From NCBI GenBank assembly GCA_964016885.1, contig OZ024741.1, positions 97,774,001 through 97,838,000 of the forward strand: a DNA stretch of 64,000 nucleotides, given 5' to 3'. The notes under the pieces were generated by a model, which was not told the DNA's origin, did no database searches, and worked only from the letters and a program-made list of their open reading frames with translations. Positions 27,945 through 46,401 of the stretch are shown piece after piece. Position 1 is the first letter of the stretch; every line of letters starts with the position of its first letter. Source of the DNA: Eledone cirrhosa (taxonomy: Eukaryota). The position numbers and the translations under genes are program-made.

Positions 27945-28392
27945 AAAGTTCTATTAAATTGTTGGGATACAACAAGCAAATATTTTTATAACTGATATAA
28001 AGCACTCGACAAGTATTTGGAGTAAATATACGATATTAACAAATGGAAACTGTATTTATAAAACCATATCTATTTTATTATACATATTTCAAGGACGCCA
28101 TGTTAAATTATGGTATGCTTTCATCAGACAAAATACAACATATACCAGTTTTATAAATAAATATTGACATACCCTTTCAAAATGCAACCGTTACTTTTGG
28201 AAGACTATCCCTCATGTCTTCCAAAAGTAACGGTTGCATTTTGAAAGGGTATGTCAATATTTATTTATAAAACTGGTATATATTGTATTTTGTCTGATGA
28301 AAGCATACCATAATTTAACATGGTCTCCTTGAAATATGTATAATAAAATAGATATGGTTTTATAAATACAGTTTCCATTTGTTAATATCGTA

Positions 28393-28398
<6 letters not shown>
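27941..28398. mobile_element. Fold-back pLTR element (family J)
   Basis: Arms 28023-28205 and 28216-28398, 10 nt loop, tail 27941-28022. (TA)n on both sides. Confidence 0.88.
28286..28350 (+). ncRNA. Type I hammerhead ribozyme (family J)
   Basis: TATTTTGT-CTGATGA-stem II-GAAA-TATGT-ATA-ATAAAATA. Intact cores also at 28071-28135 (-), 33481-33545 (-), 50571-50635 (-) and 52761-52825 (+). Mutated at about 34735-34798 (-) and 36088-36151 (+). Confidence 0.78.
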
Positions 28399-28423
<25 letters not shown>

Positions 28424-28427
<4 letters not shown>

Positions 28428-28495
28428 GTTTTTACTTATGGTACAAGGCCAGCAATCACCCAGTGTATTACTGGTACTTTATTTTATCGATCCCG
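28424..28495 (-). mobile_element. SINE 3' fragment
   Basis: Matches 19551-19623. Confidence 0.7.
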
Positions 28496-28539
28496 TTGTT
28501 ATTTTCTTTTATCGACAATGATTATATAAATAACTAGAA

Positions 28540-29200
28540 GGCTAAATTAAGAGCAAGAATTGCCAGAGCTGGAGCAGTGATGCACGAGCTTCAGAAGAAG
28601 GCAGGTAAGTGTAAATGTCCAACTCGCTATCTTGAATTCGGTATTCGTGCCAAGCCTTAACTATCTATCTAAGGCGGGTAAAATTCCCGAGATCCATGGC
28701 GAGTTCTCTCCAGCGGTCTCTGTCCCTTATTATCGCTGCCATGTCCTGCATCTCCAACAGACCAATGTCTGTCCTTAGGGCATCAACATACCTTAACCTT
28801 GGTCTTCCTCTTCTAGTGTGTCCTTAACTCTGCTCTAGGATAATGACCGAAAGAATACGATCGCGAATACAAGCGGTCGAAATGGCCTTCTTCCGAATGG
28901 TCACTGGATTAATATTACTTGATATTGTGCATAGCTCGGAGATCAGAGAGTCACTCCAGGTAGAATCGCTAATTCCTCGAATTGCCGCATGCCTATAGTA
29001 ACTCCGATGCTAGAGGCATGCGGTTAGAATGTCTCGCGAAAGAAACGCTGGACAGATTTGACCGGCAAAACCAACAGGCAAGAAACCCTGGGGTATACAC
29101 CGAGCATGATGTTGAATAACATCCATGAGCACGGATTTAACCGGATCAGTTGAAGATGGTTGCTTATGACATGATCAGTTGGAAGGTGTGTTTGTGGAGA
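28540..29200 (+). mobile_element. Decayed RTE-clade LINE 3' remnant
   Basis: RARIARAGAVMHEL and TERIRSRIQAVEMAFFRMVTG...SSEIRESLQVE. A related fragment lies at 59012-59146. Confidence 0.65.
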
Positions 29201-29890
29201 AGAAGAAAAAGTATGTACCTATATAAATATGCATGTATGCATTATCGCTCTCTTTCTCTCACACTTTCTCTCTCACTTTCTCTCTCTCTCACTCACTCTC
29301 TCTCTCTCTCTTTTTAATACATTTATAATATCTCCCACTATATAGAGAAGTTTTAACGCTACCAGAGGACCCATATCAGGTTACATATATAAATTCCTCC
29401 CTAACATCCTGAATACTACCATAACGGTGTGATAGTGACTCACCTGCTCACTGACCTGCTCACACCACTGCCAATACAGGCAATTTGGTCAACTGCACCC
29501 GAATATATATGCAGTTAAAAGCAACCCTAACAGGTTGACATGTTTCTAGGAAAACTGACCAGAGAATTTCAACATACTTACGGCTGGTGTGTTGATATGG
29601 TATCTGACCAGTGAGGTGAACGTATGTCCTTTGGACTCTGGAATTATTTCATTCTAAATACTTTCAATTCCTTGGATGAATAACACCACACTCCGGATCT
29701 GAACATATCAACGAATTAACAAGTAAAATCTGGTCCAACATTATGTTTAGCTGTGTTTTCTGTTCCAGATCTAACTGCTTCATGAGGTCATAGCTGTTGA
29801 ATAATGTTTATCACCGAAATATATATAGCAGCGAATATGAATAAAGAAGTTAATTTTACCCTGTTGACTTATATATCTTGTTTATATATG

Positions 29891-29936
<46 letters not shown>

Positions 29937-29939
<3 letters not shown>

Positions 29940-30039
29940 GGTCTCCCCATAACGTATACACACCTCAACAGCATTCTAATAAATATTGCTTGTACTGTAC
30001 AGGTAATCAAAGTGTGTATACATTGTTTGCGACACCTTG
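29937..30039. mobile_element. Short Tc1/mariner-type MITE
   Basis: Imperfect TIRs cagggtctc...gtatacacac / gtgtgtatac...gacaccttg, with TA on both sides. Confidence 0.45.
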
Positions 30040-30212
30040 TATGTGGGATGCAAGAATACACTTCTATATCTACCTGGTTAACGTCATCAACTTACCATTT
30101 CTGTGCATGCGCGATTTAAATGTAACATGGTTGTATTATTAATAGCATGATCAGTGATCGAAGAAGATTTAGTTTGAAAAGCAAGCATGAATATATATAT
30201 ATATTTACATAT

Positions 30213-33950
<3,738 letters not shown>

Positions 33951-33974
33951 CATATATATATATACATATAAACG

Positions 33975-34590
33975 AAAAAATGAAACGGAATTTCATTTCC
34001 CACTCTTAGTACGGCTGTTACTTAAATATAAGTATGTACACGTACATACATATACGTACATACATGCACACATATATATATGTACGTATGGATTCACCGA
34101 ACATTTATTATATTGCTCAGTGTGTTTGTAAAGAAACATCCCGCATTAAGCCGTAGTGCCTAGCAACCATCGTTGCTCGTTTGTTCAATACTGACAAAGG
34201 AACGATGTACTAGCTTATTAGCTATCGTCAGCAACGTATACCATCCTGCCAGATTGATGAACGTATATACTTACCTTATGCATATTAACGGCTGAGTAGC
34301 CCAATCTGCATATCGAGTGGGTTAATCGGCCGGGTGCACCGATAACGATAAACGAAATAATGAAACGGAATTTCATTTCCCACTCTTAGTACGGCTGTTA
34401 CTTAAATATAAGTATGTACACGTACATACATATATGTATACAGACGTACACTAGTATGCATATATATATACATACATGCACACATATATATATGTACGTA
34501 TGGATTCACCGAACATTAATTATAATGCTCGGTGTGTTTGTAAACAAATATCCCGCATTAAGCCGTAGTGTCTAGCAACCATCGTTGCCA
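33975..34590 (-). mobile_element. Tandem ~380 bp units of family D
   Basis: tgaaacggaatttcatttcccactcttagtacggc occurs at about 33981 and 34361. The hammerhead at 34202-34236 has lost its GAAA box. Confidence 0.75.
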
Positions 34591-34600
34591 TACATATATA

Positions 34601-36194
34601 AGTAGAAGTGGTATTTAATTTGTTGGAAGTCCGACAAACAAATATTTATAACTGATTTTGAACACTCAACAGTATACTGGAGTAAATATTCAATGATATT
34701 AAATAAATGGAAACTATATTTAGAAAACCATATTTATTTTATTATATATATGTCAAGGGTACCAAGACAACATTGGTACGCTTTCATCAGATAAAATACA
34801 AAGTTTGTTTTATAAATAGAGACATAACCATGAAAATCATACCTTATCGGTTGGAAATTCACTGGATAGTGGAAATATATTAGGGATTATTCAAACTTAT
34901 GTGTGAATATGCAAATGAATATGTAAATAATTGAAAAACAACCGTTTATTTAAATGACACTGGAGAAAGAGAGAGAGCAAAGACATAAGGGGATAAAGAT
35001 AAAAAATATTACGAGAGAGATAGAGAGAAGAAATAAACGGGAAAGATGAATAAAACTCATATAACGTTATTTTCGGGTAAATTTATTCTAAGTATATATC
35101 TTAATAGTACGTGTAATTAGGATAATTAGTTGTTTAAAATTCGTTTCTAATATTTTCTGTTATAAGTAGATAAATAAATAAATAAATAAATAAATAAATA
35201 GATGTGTATATCTATTCATTATAGATAATTGTTATAGATAATTGTTTTAATAAGTTATGAGGGATATTGGTTTTGTATTTAATCTAAGTAAATATTAAGT
35301 TAAATTAAATTAAATTAACTGAGTTAATAAGAATATTTATATTTATATATTTTAAAATAGGAAGATACGGAAAAACTCCTGTTTAGTTTATTTATGCGTT
35401 AGTATGAGACTATTTAGTCAAAATAAGTATAAATGTTGAAAGATATATTTAGCCAGAATCAGTTAGTGGTTATAAATCTAATAAAAAATATGAAAAAATA
35501 TTAAAACTCTGAGAAAAACTTTTTTTTAATAATTTATAAGAGATAAGTAATTTTTAAAATAGGTAAAAAATCTAAGAAATATAAAATAAAGAATTAAAAA
35601 TTATTAAGATTAAAATTACAATTAAAATTAAAATAAAAATTAAAAAAAATGAGAATTATATATGTATATATTTTATGAAACTTTAAGAAGTGAATTATAG
35701 CAAATGTTATAGATATGATTTAGAGATATCAATATATTAAAACCAAGTGGATAAGATTGTTATGGAAATAAGTAGCAATATTATAAGTGTAATTATAATT
35801 TATATATAGTTCTAAATGTTGAATTCAGGCGATGTCTACAAGAATTAAATAAATTCGTTCTTAGATTAATAGAGTTCTTACGTTTAAATATGAAAAAAAT
35901 TTCCTCAACACACAATTTGCAGAATCTAGTCATTTAAATAAAAATTGTTTTTCAATTATTTACATATTCATTTGCATATTCACACATAAGTTTGAATAAT
36001 CCATAATATATTTCCACTATCCAGTGAATTTCCAACCGAAAAGGTATGATTTTCATGGGTATGTCTCTATTTATAAAAGAAACTTTGTATTTTATTTGAT
36101 GAAAGCGTACCAATATCTTCTTGGTACCCTTGAAATATACATAATAAAATAAATATGGTTTTATAAATATAGTTTCCATTTATTTAATATCATT
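34601..36194. mobile_element. Family J fold-back with AT-rich 3' UTR spacer
   Basis: Arms about 34691-34960 and 35929-36194. Tail 34601-34690 on the left arm only. Confidence 0.8.
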
Positions 36195-36203
36195 GTATAC
36201 ACA

Positions 36204-36353
<150 letters not shown>

Positions 36354-36354
36354 C

Positions 36355-36887
36355 TGGCCTTCCAATTTCATTTTACAATATATACATGTCTGTGTATATT
36401 TTAATTATTTAAACATTATTTTTAAGTGACCCAACGGCTCACCGATAGTCTACTCGCTCTATATATAAATATTAAATGACTTTGATTGCTTGCTTGCTTG
36501 TTTGTCAGTAATATAATACAGCCATAATGGTAAAATGCATTGAAAGGATATTGACCCTGAAATGGGAATACAAATTTAATAGAAATAAGTTTCACGTACA
36601 TTGGAGTACGTGTTCTCGAGATCTGGAGTTTTTCCAGGTACATTCATAAACATAAAGATAGAGAGAAAGAGATAGTGGTTGTGAGAGAGTAGATTGAAAG
36701 AGAGATATAGGGAGAGGGATAGTAGACAGAGAGGGAAAATGGAAGAGAGACAGCTGGAGGTATTGTTGAATGAAAATATAAACGGTGACTTCAAAGAAAC
36801 GAATACAGTGTTACTGTTTCCTGCTAAATAGGAAGGGTTTCTAACTGTGTGTGTGTTTTTGACCAGTGTATATAGATCATAGACACC

Positions 36888-36939
<52 letters not shown>

Positions 36940-37105
36940 TTTATATATATATATACACACTATATTCATGGGCCTTCCAGTTTCATTTCACATTATATAC
37001 ATGTCTGTGTATATTTAAATTATCTAAACATAATTTTTAAGGGAACGTCATTATAAAAATATATTTTGAATTGAACGTGACCCAACTGGTCTCGGGTGGT
37101 CTAGT
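36355..37105. repeat. Fragments of an unclassified family, also present inverted at 52987-53203
   Basis: 36355-36436 resembles 36971-37086. 36555-36650 is the reverse complement of about 53120-53202. Confidence 0.55.
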
Positions 37106-37140
37106 ATATAATAATATTAATAAACGAAAGATATATTTTT

Positions 37141-37541
<401 letters not shown>

Positions 37542-39140
37542 TAAGATATTTACTTCATACATTCTACTACGTAAGGTAGAACACACATGTGTGTGTGTGC
37601 GTGTATTTATATATATATATGAGTGTGTGTCTGTGTGCATGTGTATTTGTGTGTGTACCTCAGCGTGAGTGTATGTACGTAGCAGGTGATTTTAATTAAG
37701 TTATTCTCTAATGGTTTATATGATATATGGAACCATAAGAACGTAATTGCTACCATGGAAGCGTGAAGAAATCAACATACTTAATGTAGAATGTAATATA
37801 CTGCAGGATAAACAAGAGTAGAACGTGCATCAGTAATGAGTTAGATTGATAATGAATTTACTAGTAATTAATTAACAGTATTTGCGTATAACATTATCAG
37901 AAATTAGTCATAATGTATCAAAAGTGTATACATAACCTCACATTGCCTTGGAAATCTCGGTAATTGATATATTCTTGTAATTGACTTACTGTTTCATAAT
38001 TATTTTCTATTTTCATTTCGTAAAATCGAACCCAGAGACTGTAATCACCTAAATTGCTGTAAGCATTGCTACTTACCTCTTCATTTTTATGTATATACCT
38101 ACCTCAGTTTTCTGGGTTATGTATGTGGAAGACGGTTTAAGATTATGATTCTATTTCATGACTCCTATGACTGAAGATGTCAACAGAATGAATGCTACAG
38201 TGGAAATTCCTTAAAGTACCTAAGAGCTAGATATTAACTGTATCATCCATACATAAAGTGAAGCGGCATCACCCTTGTACGGCTGCACAGTTTTCATCTA
38301 CAATGTTTGGGCTGCTAACCCCAGGAGCAGCCGAAATATCAACCACAGGGACAGTTAAATCAATGCCTGCAGCAGAAGCAGCAGCAGCAACAACACTAAC
38401 ATCACCGACAACAGCCAGAAAAAACATAAAATATCATGAAAACTACCCAGAGGGACTCCCAACGAGACCCCACCTCTCTGTCTCTCCAACTCCTCTGAAA
38501 ACACAAACATAGATAATAAAACAAACATGCTTCCACAACTATCAAATGCACATTTGTCCTACACAGGAACGTTTCCTGTTCTAATAAAGAATCACCCCAG
38601 GCATAAAAGAAACAAAGACAAATTTATACAAAAAAAAGAAAACAAGATACATGCTGTATTTCGCCAAGACCTACTCAAGAAAAGAAAAATCACACAATCA
38701 CACCACCATACACCAACGCCTCTGAAATAACACCAGCCCCACGGTCACTACAAACGTCAATCCAGCTACCACCGGCACCATCAACAAAGACGCCACAACC
38801 ATAACAACTACCAAAGAAAAACATATACAAGAACACAAGAAGTGCAGGCACAAATAAACAGCATCAGACAACTGCATAGACACCATAATCTGTGCTAGTG
38901 AGAAGGGCGTGGTTGAACTAATGTCTTTCCTAGTACAAAGTTATGATATTGAAAAAGAGGGGAAATATTTGGCGCAAGCCCGACTTTTGTTCCCTTCTGT
39001 CTAAAAACACCTGCCCACCATCTAGCAACGCAGCATTCGTGAATATCGTTGAATATTTGGTCGAGACATAATCTCGCTAAAATCATGTCGGTTGCCATGC
39101 GTTTTCTAAGTTTCTATTTAGCTCTCCCTCTAATCTAGTT

Positions 39141-39227
<87 letters not shown>

Positions 39228-39229
<2 letters not shown>

Positions 39230-39405
39230 TGGTTGTCCATCGTAAACGATGATGACATCTTCTTTGTTGTTGGTCCCGTCTGCCGTGAGCACGAAGTTGG
39301 CTGTGGAGGCCGATCCTTGACATGCAGGTCCGGGGAGAGTGGGGACAGGGGAAGAGACCGGAGTCAGACTGGCAACTCCCAGAGGTTACCTCCACCTGTT
39401 ACCTC
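39228..39405 (-). mobile_element. RTE LINE 3' end
   Basis: FPCPHSPRTCMSRIGLHSQLRAH C2H2-like terminus. The short 3' UTR with a catcgt/acgatg hairpin abuts (TA)n. Confidence 0.75.
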
Positions 39406-39724
39406 CACATCTCGCCCATCGCCACAGGGCTTTGGGAGTGCACAGTAAAGAAAGGTTTATAGTGGGAGGGCCAGTGCACAGTGACGGTCCCACTCACTCG
39501 GCCGCAGAGGCCAGAATCCGGTGGTACGGAGGACCGTTACGACCAGGGACTTCCTTGGCTGCAGTGGATGGACACAACGTCTGTAGTGCCTTGCCGTGCC
39601 CTAGCGCTCTACACCGCTTTCTGTCGCCGTCTTTGCGAGCTTTGGGACGATGTTGTCCTCCTCCACTCACTCAGCCGGGTCCAGTCTTCGCATCCCCTAC
39701 CTAACTCACCGGGGTCGGCCCTTG

Positions 39725-39847
39725 CCATTCTGAGTTCAAATCCCGTCTAGGTCAATTTTGCCTTTCATCCTTACGGGGTCGATAAAATAAAGTACCAGTA
39801 ATGCACTGGATAATTGCTGGCCTTGTGCCAAAAGTAGAAACAATTAT
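39725..39847 (+). mobile_element. SINE, 5'-truncated
   Basis: B-box GAGTTCAAATCC, core and tail. Confidence 0.8.
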
Positions 39848-40106
39848 TTGTATAAATAAGGAACTTAACTATATTATGCATATCTGCAGTGGACAATGCA
39901 TATAATGCTGAAACCGGTCCCATTATTAAATGTGGAAATATCCTCTTTATAAATAGATAAATGTTTTGATATTACACTGAAAGAATCTCTTCAGCATTTT
40001 CTACTAAAAAAAATATTTTTTCTTTCTACTATTTGTTTATATATATATATCAACTCCTGTGTTACTTTTCTACATTCGATCGACATATATATATATATAT
40101 ATATCG

Positions 40107-40238
40107 AAACGTGTCTTTCCCGGTGCACAATATTTCACCGAGCGAATTACTTTTTAATAAACAACCACTAGTGGGCCATTCATCAACATCGTTCTAAAAA
40201 TGACTATTAGATTAGAAACGATGTTTTAGCAAAGGTAT

Positions 40239-40298
<60 letters not shown>

Positions 40299-40398
40299 AG
40301 CCATTTTTAGAACGATGTTGATGAATGGCCCACTAGTGCTTGTTTATTAAAAAGTAATTCGGTCGCTGAAATATTGTTCACCGGGAAAGACACGTTTA
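40107..40398. mobile_element. Fold-back (family K) with central (TA)n and degenerate hammerhead
   Basis: Arms 40107-40206 and 40297-40398. TTGATGA...GAAATATTGT at 40313-40383. Confidence 0.7.
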
Positions 40399-40519
40399 GC
40401 TTTCAATAACCGCGTCCCTGTCTATGAAGCTTATCTAAAATGACAATAGATACTTTTATTGGCAAAAATCAAGAAGATTACAAGGACTAAAACTACAGAG
40501 TGAGGAAAACATTAGGTAT

Positions 40520-41082
40520 AACAATAAAATCAATTCTAATACATAGCCATGGCACTAGTACAAAACGCTAAACATTCTCAACTAGAAATGAATATCCAAA
40601 ACAGTAGCACGGATGAGTTTGTTGCCACATATACATTGGAAGTTTGTTCTTCCTGTCATTTTCATCGAGCTAATTCAGACTAGATGCATTCAACCTCATC
40701 CATCTAGCCACTGCCAAACAACATTCAGAACTCACTCTAGAAGGCAGCACTTCCCTCTCTTCCTTCTAATACTCAAGCGGTACTTGCAAAGTTTGGTGGG
40801 AGCTTCGCCGGGAAATAAGTTTCAACTCCACCAGACAGCTTCCTTCGCTATAGTTACAAAGCAAAGAAAGACTTGCGACATCTCCCTTCTGAAGGATGTC
40901 ACTGATTCAATCGTCACCACACACTCGGCTGATAGTTAGATTTATCCTATACGTGAAAGAAATGGTTCAACACATTCCCAACCCTCCTCCTCCTCCTCCT
41001 TCTTCTTCTTCTTCTTCTTCTTCTTCTTCTTCTTCTTCTTCTTCTTCTTCTTCTTCTTCTTCTTCTTCTTCTTCTTCTTCTT
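40520..41082. repeat. Left copy of a near-identical ~560 bp inverted pair with (CCT)n(CTT)n
   Basis: Reverse complement of 46402-46974. The ORF track gives nearly identical 108 aa translations for both copies. Confidence 0.9.
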
Positions 41083-41904
41083 TCTCTTATTTCCTTATAT
41101 TAGCCGCATTCTTATGATACCTGGTCTTATTATATGCCCCTCTTTCCCATTTACATTTGCTTTCCTCTGACTTTTCTTTTTATTCACTATTTATGACGTT
41201 CCTTCTCGTTCTGCTCACTTCCCTGTGTGATATTTTCACTTCGTATATCAAAGAGACATTTTTGCTGAAATGTTCTGTATTTAACAATACTGTATAGAAA
41301 ATAAGCTGTTAAACAGCAGCATTAACAAGTACATTTTGAAAATATATACAATTATCTCAGAGAAGCAATCCCTATTGTATATATATATATGAATACATTT
41401 GCGTTATATTTCTCAGAAAATATAATGCAATGTATTGATACATTCAATATGATATTTAATTGAAAGATGGATGTTCAAATTATTGTAAGTAAAGTATACT
41501 TGAGTAAATCTGTCTCTGCTTGTATATGTGTGAGTGTGCCTGTATATGTGTTGATATGTACATTTATAGATATATACATTTATAGATATCTTACATATAT
41601 ATAATTTTTTTGTTCGGAAAAGCTTTTACTACATTTAGCTTAGCCCCAACAACGTTGTAATATTCAAAATTATAATAGGATGGAGTGTTTAAAATATTTT
41701 GCAATTATCGTTGCATCGCATTTCCCTTTATTCTTTGTGGGTTATATCACATATTTCTAATTCCCTAATACACAACATCAGCATAAAACAAGAATATTAT
41801 GATATTTAAATATTATGATATTTAAAACTATTGATTCCGGATATTTCCTGTAGTTTGGGAAAAGTGTGTTTCAAATAAATATAGTGTATCATATATATAT
41901 ATAT

Positions 41905-42363
41905 ATTGTTATACTTTGGGAGGGTCATGTTGCCAATAAGAAACACACGCATTATGTGACCTCTTCAGTGATAGGAGATTCTTTTCTTTGTTTTGTGCCT
42001 CTCCTTTGTTCTGTCCCACGCCATCTTGTTTTTCAAGATGACGTAGGACAGAACACAGGAGAGGCAAAAAACAAAGAAAATAATCCCCAGTCACTGAAGT
42101 GGTCACATAATATGTGACGAAAGAACTTTGACAATATATGAACAACCGTCCGGTTGTGGAACCAACCAACCAACCGGAAATATATACATGTTTTAAAACA
42201 TTTTAAAGTAATTTTTAATTTTATAATTTAATTTATAATAATTGGAGTGAAAGTACCTGGTGCGTGTGTGTCTTATTGGCAACATGACCCTCCCAAAGTA
42301 TAACAATATCGGTTTCAACACACGTTTTCAGATAAAGAATCTTGCTAAACAAATTCAGAAATG

Positions 42364-42369
<6 letters not shown>
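41905..42369. mobile_element. Family E fold-back, internally deleted
   Basis: Outer arm 41905-41951 pairs with 42262-42308. Inner hairpin 41953-42028 / 42034-42109. Tail 42309-42369. Confidence 0.85.
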
Positions 42370-42441
<72 letters not shown>

Positions 42442-42568
42442 TTATTTATTAAAATAACAGATTTAATAAATTTAATAAATATTTGCCCTACGGTTCTTAT
42501 ATATTTGATATATATTTATCATTATCGAGCCCTCTTTGTATTTTAGTCTTCAAATTTATTATTATTAC

Positions 42569-42692
<124 letters not shown>

Positions 42693-42713
42693 TGTGTGTG
42701 TGTGTGTGCGTGC

Positions 42714-42760
<47 letters not shown>

Positions 42761-43334
42761 ACACATATATATGTGAAGAATTCGAAGATTGAAAGCCATG
42801 ACATTGCGGATTGTACGGATAAATAATGAAATCGTAAGAAACAAGGGAGTTTCTTTTTACCTTAATTTATTCATATGTCCTGATATTTCGAGACTAATAT
42901 TACTTCTTCCGAGGAAAATAAAGGAACTATTCCAGTGTCTGATGAGGTTTGCTATACAATGAATGTACCTGCTTATTCATCCTTCTACACACACACACAG
43001 TCGTACAAGCAAGTAAATATTTAAATATTTTCCCAGTCATTATAAAAGGTAATGGATTGTATTCTTGTTATAACGACATATACATCATATATGCTTATTC
43101 CTGTCCTCATAAAATTTTATGGGAGACATTTCCCCAAATCTCGTTGGGCATTATCACCAAATTTGCTTGATGACAGGACAAATTGTGAACCCATTGAGAA
43201 CAAATCAAAGTATATTTGATATGATTATTTTGGGACCACTTTACATAGTGTTGATACACTCGTTATATAAACACAGACAGACACACATGCATACACGCAC
43301 ACAAAACACAGACACGGACACAGATACAGACACA

Positions 43335-43399
<65 letters not shown>

Positions 43400-43461
43400 T
43401 TATACATATTCTAATTGGTGCTCTGAAATAGCGATGTTTACATCAATGTATATATAGATTG

Positions 43462-43634
43462 TTTGGCAATATACTGTATGCTAAGCTCTGATGATTACCA
43501 ACAGTATGAAACAGATCTGTCAGCTTATCTCTCTTTGTTTGTTGAAAACAGAAGTAAGTGACATGGTCACTACTTTAAAATAATAGCTCAAGGTCTTCAA
43601 AATGTTTTTAATTAAGCATACAGTATATTGCCAA
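43462..43634 (+). mobile_element. 173 bp hammerhead mini-element (family L)
   Basis: ~21 bp inverted ends tttggcaatatactgtatgct / agcatacagtatattgccaaa around an intact ribozyme. Confidence 0.7.
43482..43527 (+). ncRNA. Canonical type I hammerhead ribozyme (family L)
   Basis: TAAGCT-CTGATGA-tTACcaacaGTAt-GAAAC-AGATCT-GTC-AGCTTA, with a 6 bp stem I, palindromic ACAGATCTGT and GUC. Confidence 0.88.
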
Positions 43635-45039
43635 ATATACTATATATACATTCACATATATACATATATATGCAAATATATATATACATATATTTACATG
43701 CAAACGTTTACATACACACACAAACACACATATATCTATATAAGTATGTATGTTGTATATATGTACAAGTTTTCTTTTAGTAATAGATTAATTTCGTAAT
43801 ATTTCGTTTTTAAAATCGCAAACATTTATAATTTTTCGTCTGCCGGTGCGTGTATCTGCGTCTTAGTATGTAAGAAGAAACACAACAGACCTATAACCAT
43901 TATAGTGATCTCCGGGTTTAACGATGTTATGCTCACGCCGGAAATCAAACCCGAATTCTTCAATAATATCACACAGATATGGATGATCATGATAAAGTGA
44001 TCATCCACATGAAAACAGGAATGATCCCTTCGAGAGACTTGCCAGAATTTCCCCAAACGAATTTTGCGCAATACGAATTTGGCGCAGTACAAAGCTATTG
44101 TACAATACACGTAAACATGTTACCGTAATTTAGGATGGGAGTCGCATCGACAATGCAGTGAAGTGATTATTCACCATATAGCCATGCTTGTGCATATAAT
44201 TATACCTTCAACTAAACCAAAGACTCAATTTCGGAATAAATAAACATACATTCCACAGATATTGATTGAATTTCAGAAAACATTTAGCATTCTAAATTCT
44301 AGGAAACTATGAAAACCGATATTGATATCTAAGGTTTGGTTTAAATAGTTTTGGGAAAGGAAAGGGAAAATATGAAATACTTGGACTACACAGCAAGTAT
44401 AATAATAAAATCAACACTGACAAATAATTATACAATATTGACACGAGGTCAATATCGTGTTTAATTCTCTTGTCTCGCATTTATCGATTTCTATTCCTCA
44501 CTGTCAATTTCAGAAACTCTCATGAGATTTATTTCAGTATTAGATATTTGTATAGACATAGGTTGCATTTTTATAACAAATGACAATATCTTTCAATCGA
44601 AATGCCTTACATCAATCAGATATACATAGAGAAAAATACAATGGTATACTTGAATATATAGATCCCAGCGAAATGTCATTTATATTATATTACTTACTTA
44701 TATTTCCTTGAGTATTATATTACACAAATTTCCTTGTTTAATATTAACAGTTGGAAACATATTATGTTAGGGATGCATAGAAAGTGCAAGCGATGCAAAA
44801 CTTATTCCAGATAACCTGAGCGGTCTCAACTGCTAAAATGTATTTGGTAATAATAGATACAGATACATTTTGGAGAAACAGAATGTAGTTACAAGATTTG
44901 CCAAAAAACTTACAACCTCGATATTTATGTACAAGAGTCAGTTTCGACCGTAAATGGATGTACAAGCGTCAGTTTCGACCTCAAAAGTGGCAACATTTGA
45001 GGTGTTGCTGCTCGCCACCCCTTATTTACTCTAAACAGA

Positions 45040-45340
45040 TTTCAGAGTCACTCGTCTCATCTCACAAGTCACTATTTCACAGACCTGATGATGCACGCCT
45101 GGCATTATTATATCGCACTTTTCGTGGGAAATGCTGTGATAAACTACACTCACTATTTCCCCAAACCCACGTAATCTTCGCTAAGACCTCTCTCCCTAAG
45201 ATCATAGAAGTAAACCATTCATAAATTTTCACCTTTCTCACAACGGACGCATGTTTATTCCTAGAACCACATCTTCACGGAACACACTCTCTAGGGACTG
45301 CTTTCCTTGCGAATACCACGGTGCGGTTTTAAGGAAAGTC
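45040..45340 (+). mobile_element. Decayed CR1/L2-like LINE 3' fragment
   Basis: LFHRPDDARLALLYRTFRGKCCDKLHSLFP...FIPRTTS resembles post-RT C-termini. Confidence 0.45.
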
Positions 45341-46401
45341 ACTAATTAACTATCAATGTAATAATTTAATTCAAACTGACAGTTCATTTGTATTATTCGC
45401 GCTTATCGCAATCAAACTTCTATCTGGAATTTGAAGATGCTATTAGAATTATATCGGTAGTCACTGCGTCTTTTCTCTTACAATGCTTGCTCCTCTGGAA
45501 AAAAAAGGGAATACATTAACACAGTTCCTTTTAGATAAATTATAATGAAATCCATTGAAAGTATCCCTTGATGAAGGATAAATATAAAATTTGAGAGTCA
45601 ACCATTCCTTCCCTAAAATAAGTATAAGTGGTTTGCTAATATATACATGTATTGTCTACATCACGTCAGAAGAATGCATACTTTCAGGAGAAATAGATGA
45701 TATACCGTGCATCACTGAATGTTCCACGCGCCTATCTTGTCCGTGATGCATAGCGGAGTTCCCCCGTCCAGCGATGTGCGTAGAGTTTTATCGTTACTTA
45801 TATCTGCTCCTTCTATATATAATTTCTTTCCTCTTTCTCCATGTTTATTCTAATCCTGTTTGTAAATATATATAACTGATTATAAAGTTTTCAATGATTT
45901 ATGCAAATCTATCGACATGTGTACCGTCAATTCTCTATTTCTTTGTATTCGTCATATGTATCTAACCAGACAAAATTGAGACCTCAAAGAAAACAAGAGA
46001 ATTAATATTTGGTGATAATACTGCAATATGACAGAAGTCAATGAAAACAAAATATGAATGACATTTGAAATACCGATTTGTATTAAACAAAGTTTCTTAG
46101 AAACAATAAGGATAACAGATTTAACAAATATAACAGACATATATAAATAATTTTAATCCTCTGAAATATTTTGTTCTATTACAGGTTTCAACATAAATTA
46201 GCAGTTTGTTTAAAACTGAGGTGATTTATGCGGTCTGTATACATACCGATATTTAACATATATTTTCTTCTTACATCATATGTATTTCAAACAGTCCACA
46301 CTCATTTTAAGTTCATCACATTTACTATTCATTACCTATAGCATTTTACGTGTTTTAACAGATGGCATACGTATCATTTTACGTCCCATTGGTAATAAAA
46401 A

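Noticed and set aside
28538-28610. Exon ending at CAG/GTAAGT
   Set aside because: The peptide matches the adjacent RTE LINE remnant.
35080-35830. Strong C depletion on the plus strand as deaminase hypermutation (also 51700-52400)
   Set aside because: The same skew recurs in PLE 3' UTRs read antisense, so it is better explained as family composition. No unedited copy is available to compare.
38250-38880. C/A-rich ORFs, possibly a PLE C-terminus
   Set aside because: Low complexity with no convincing motif.
43040-44110. Possible Ty3/Gypsy pol remnants
   Set aside because: Only vague resemblance with multiple stops and no diagnostic motif.
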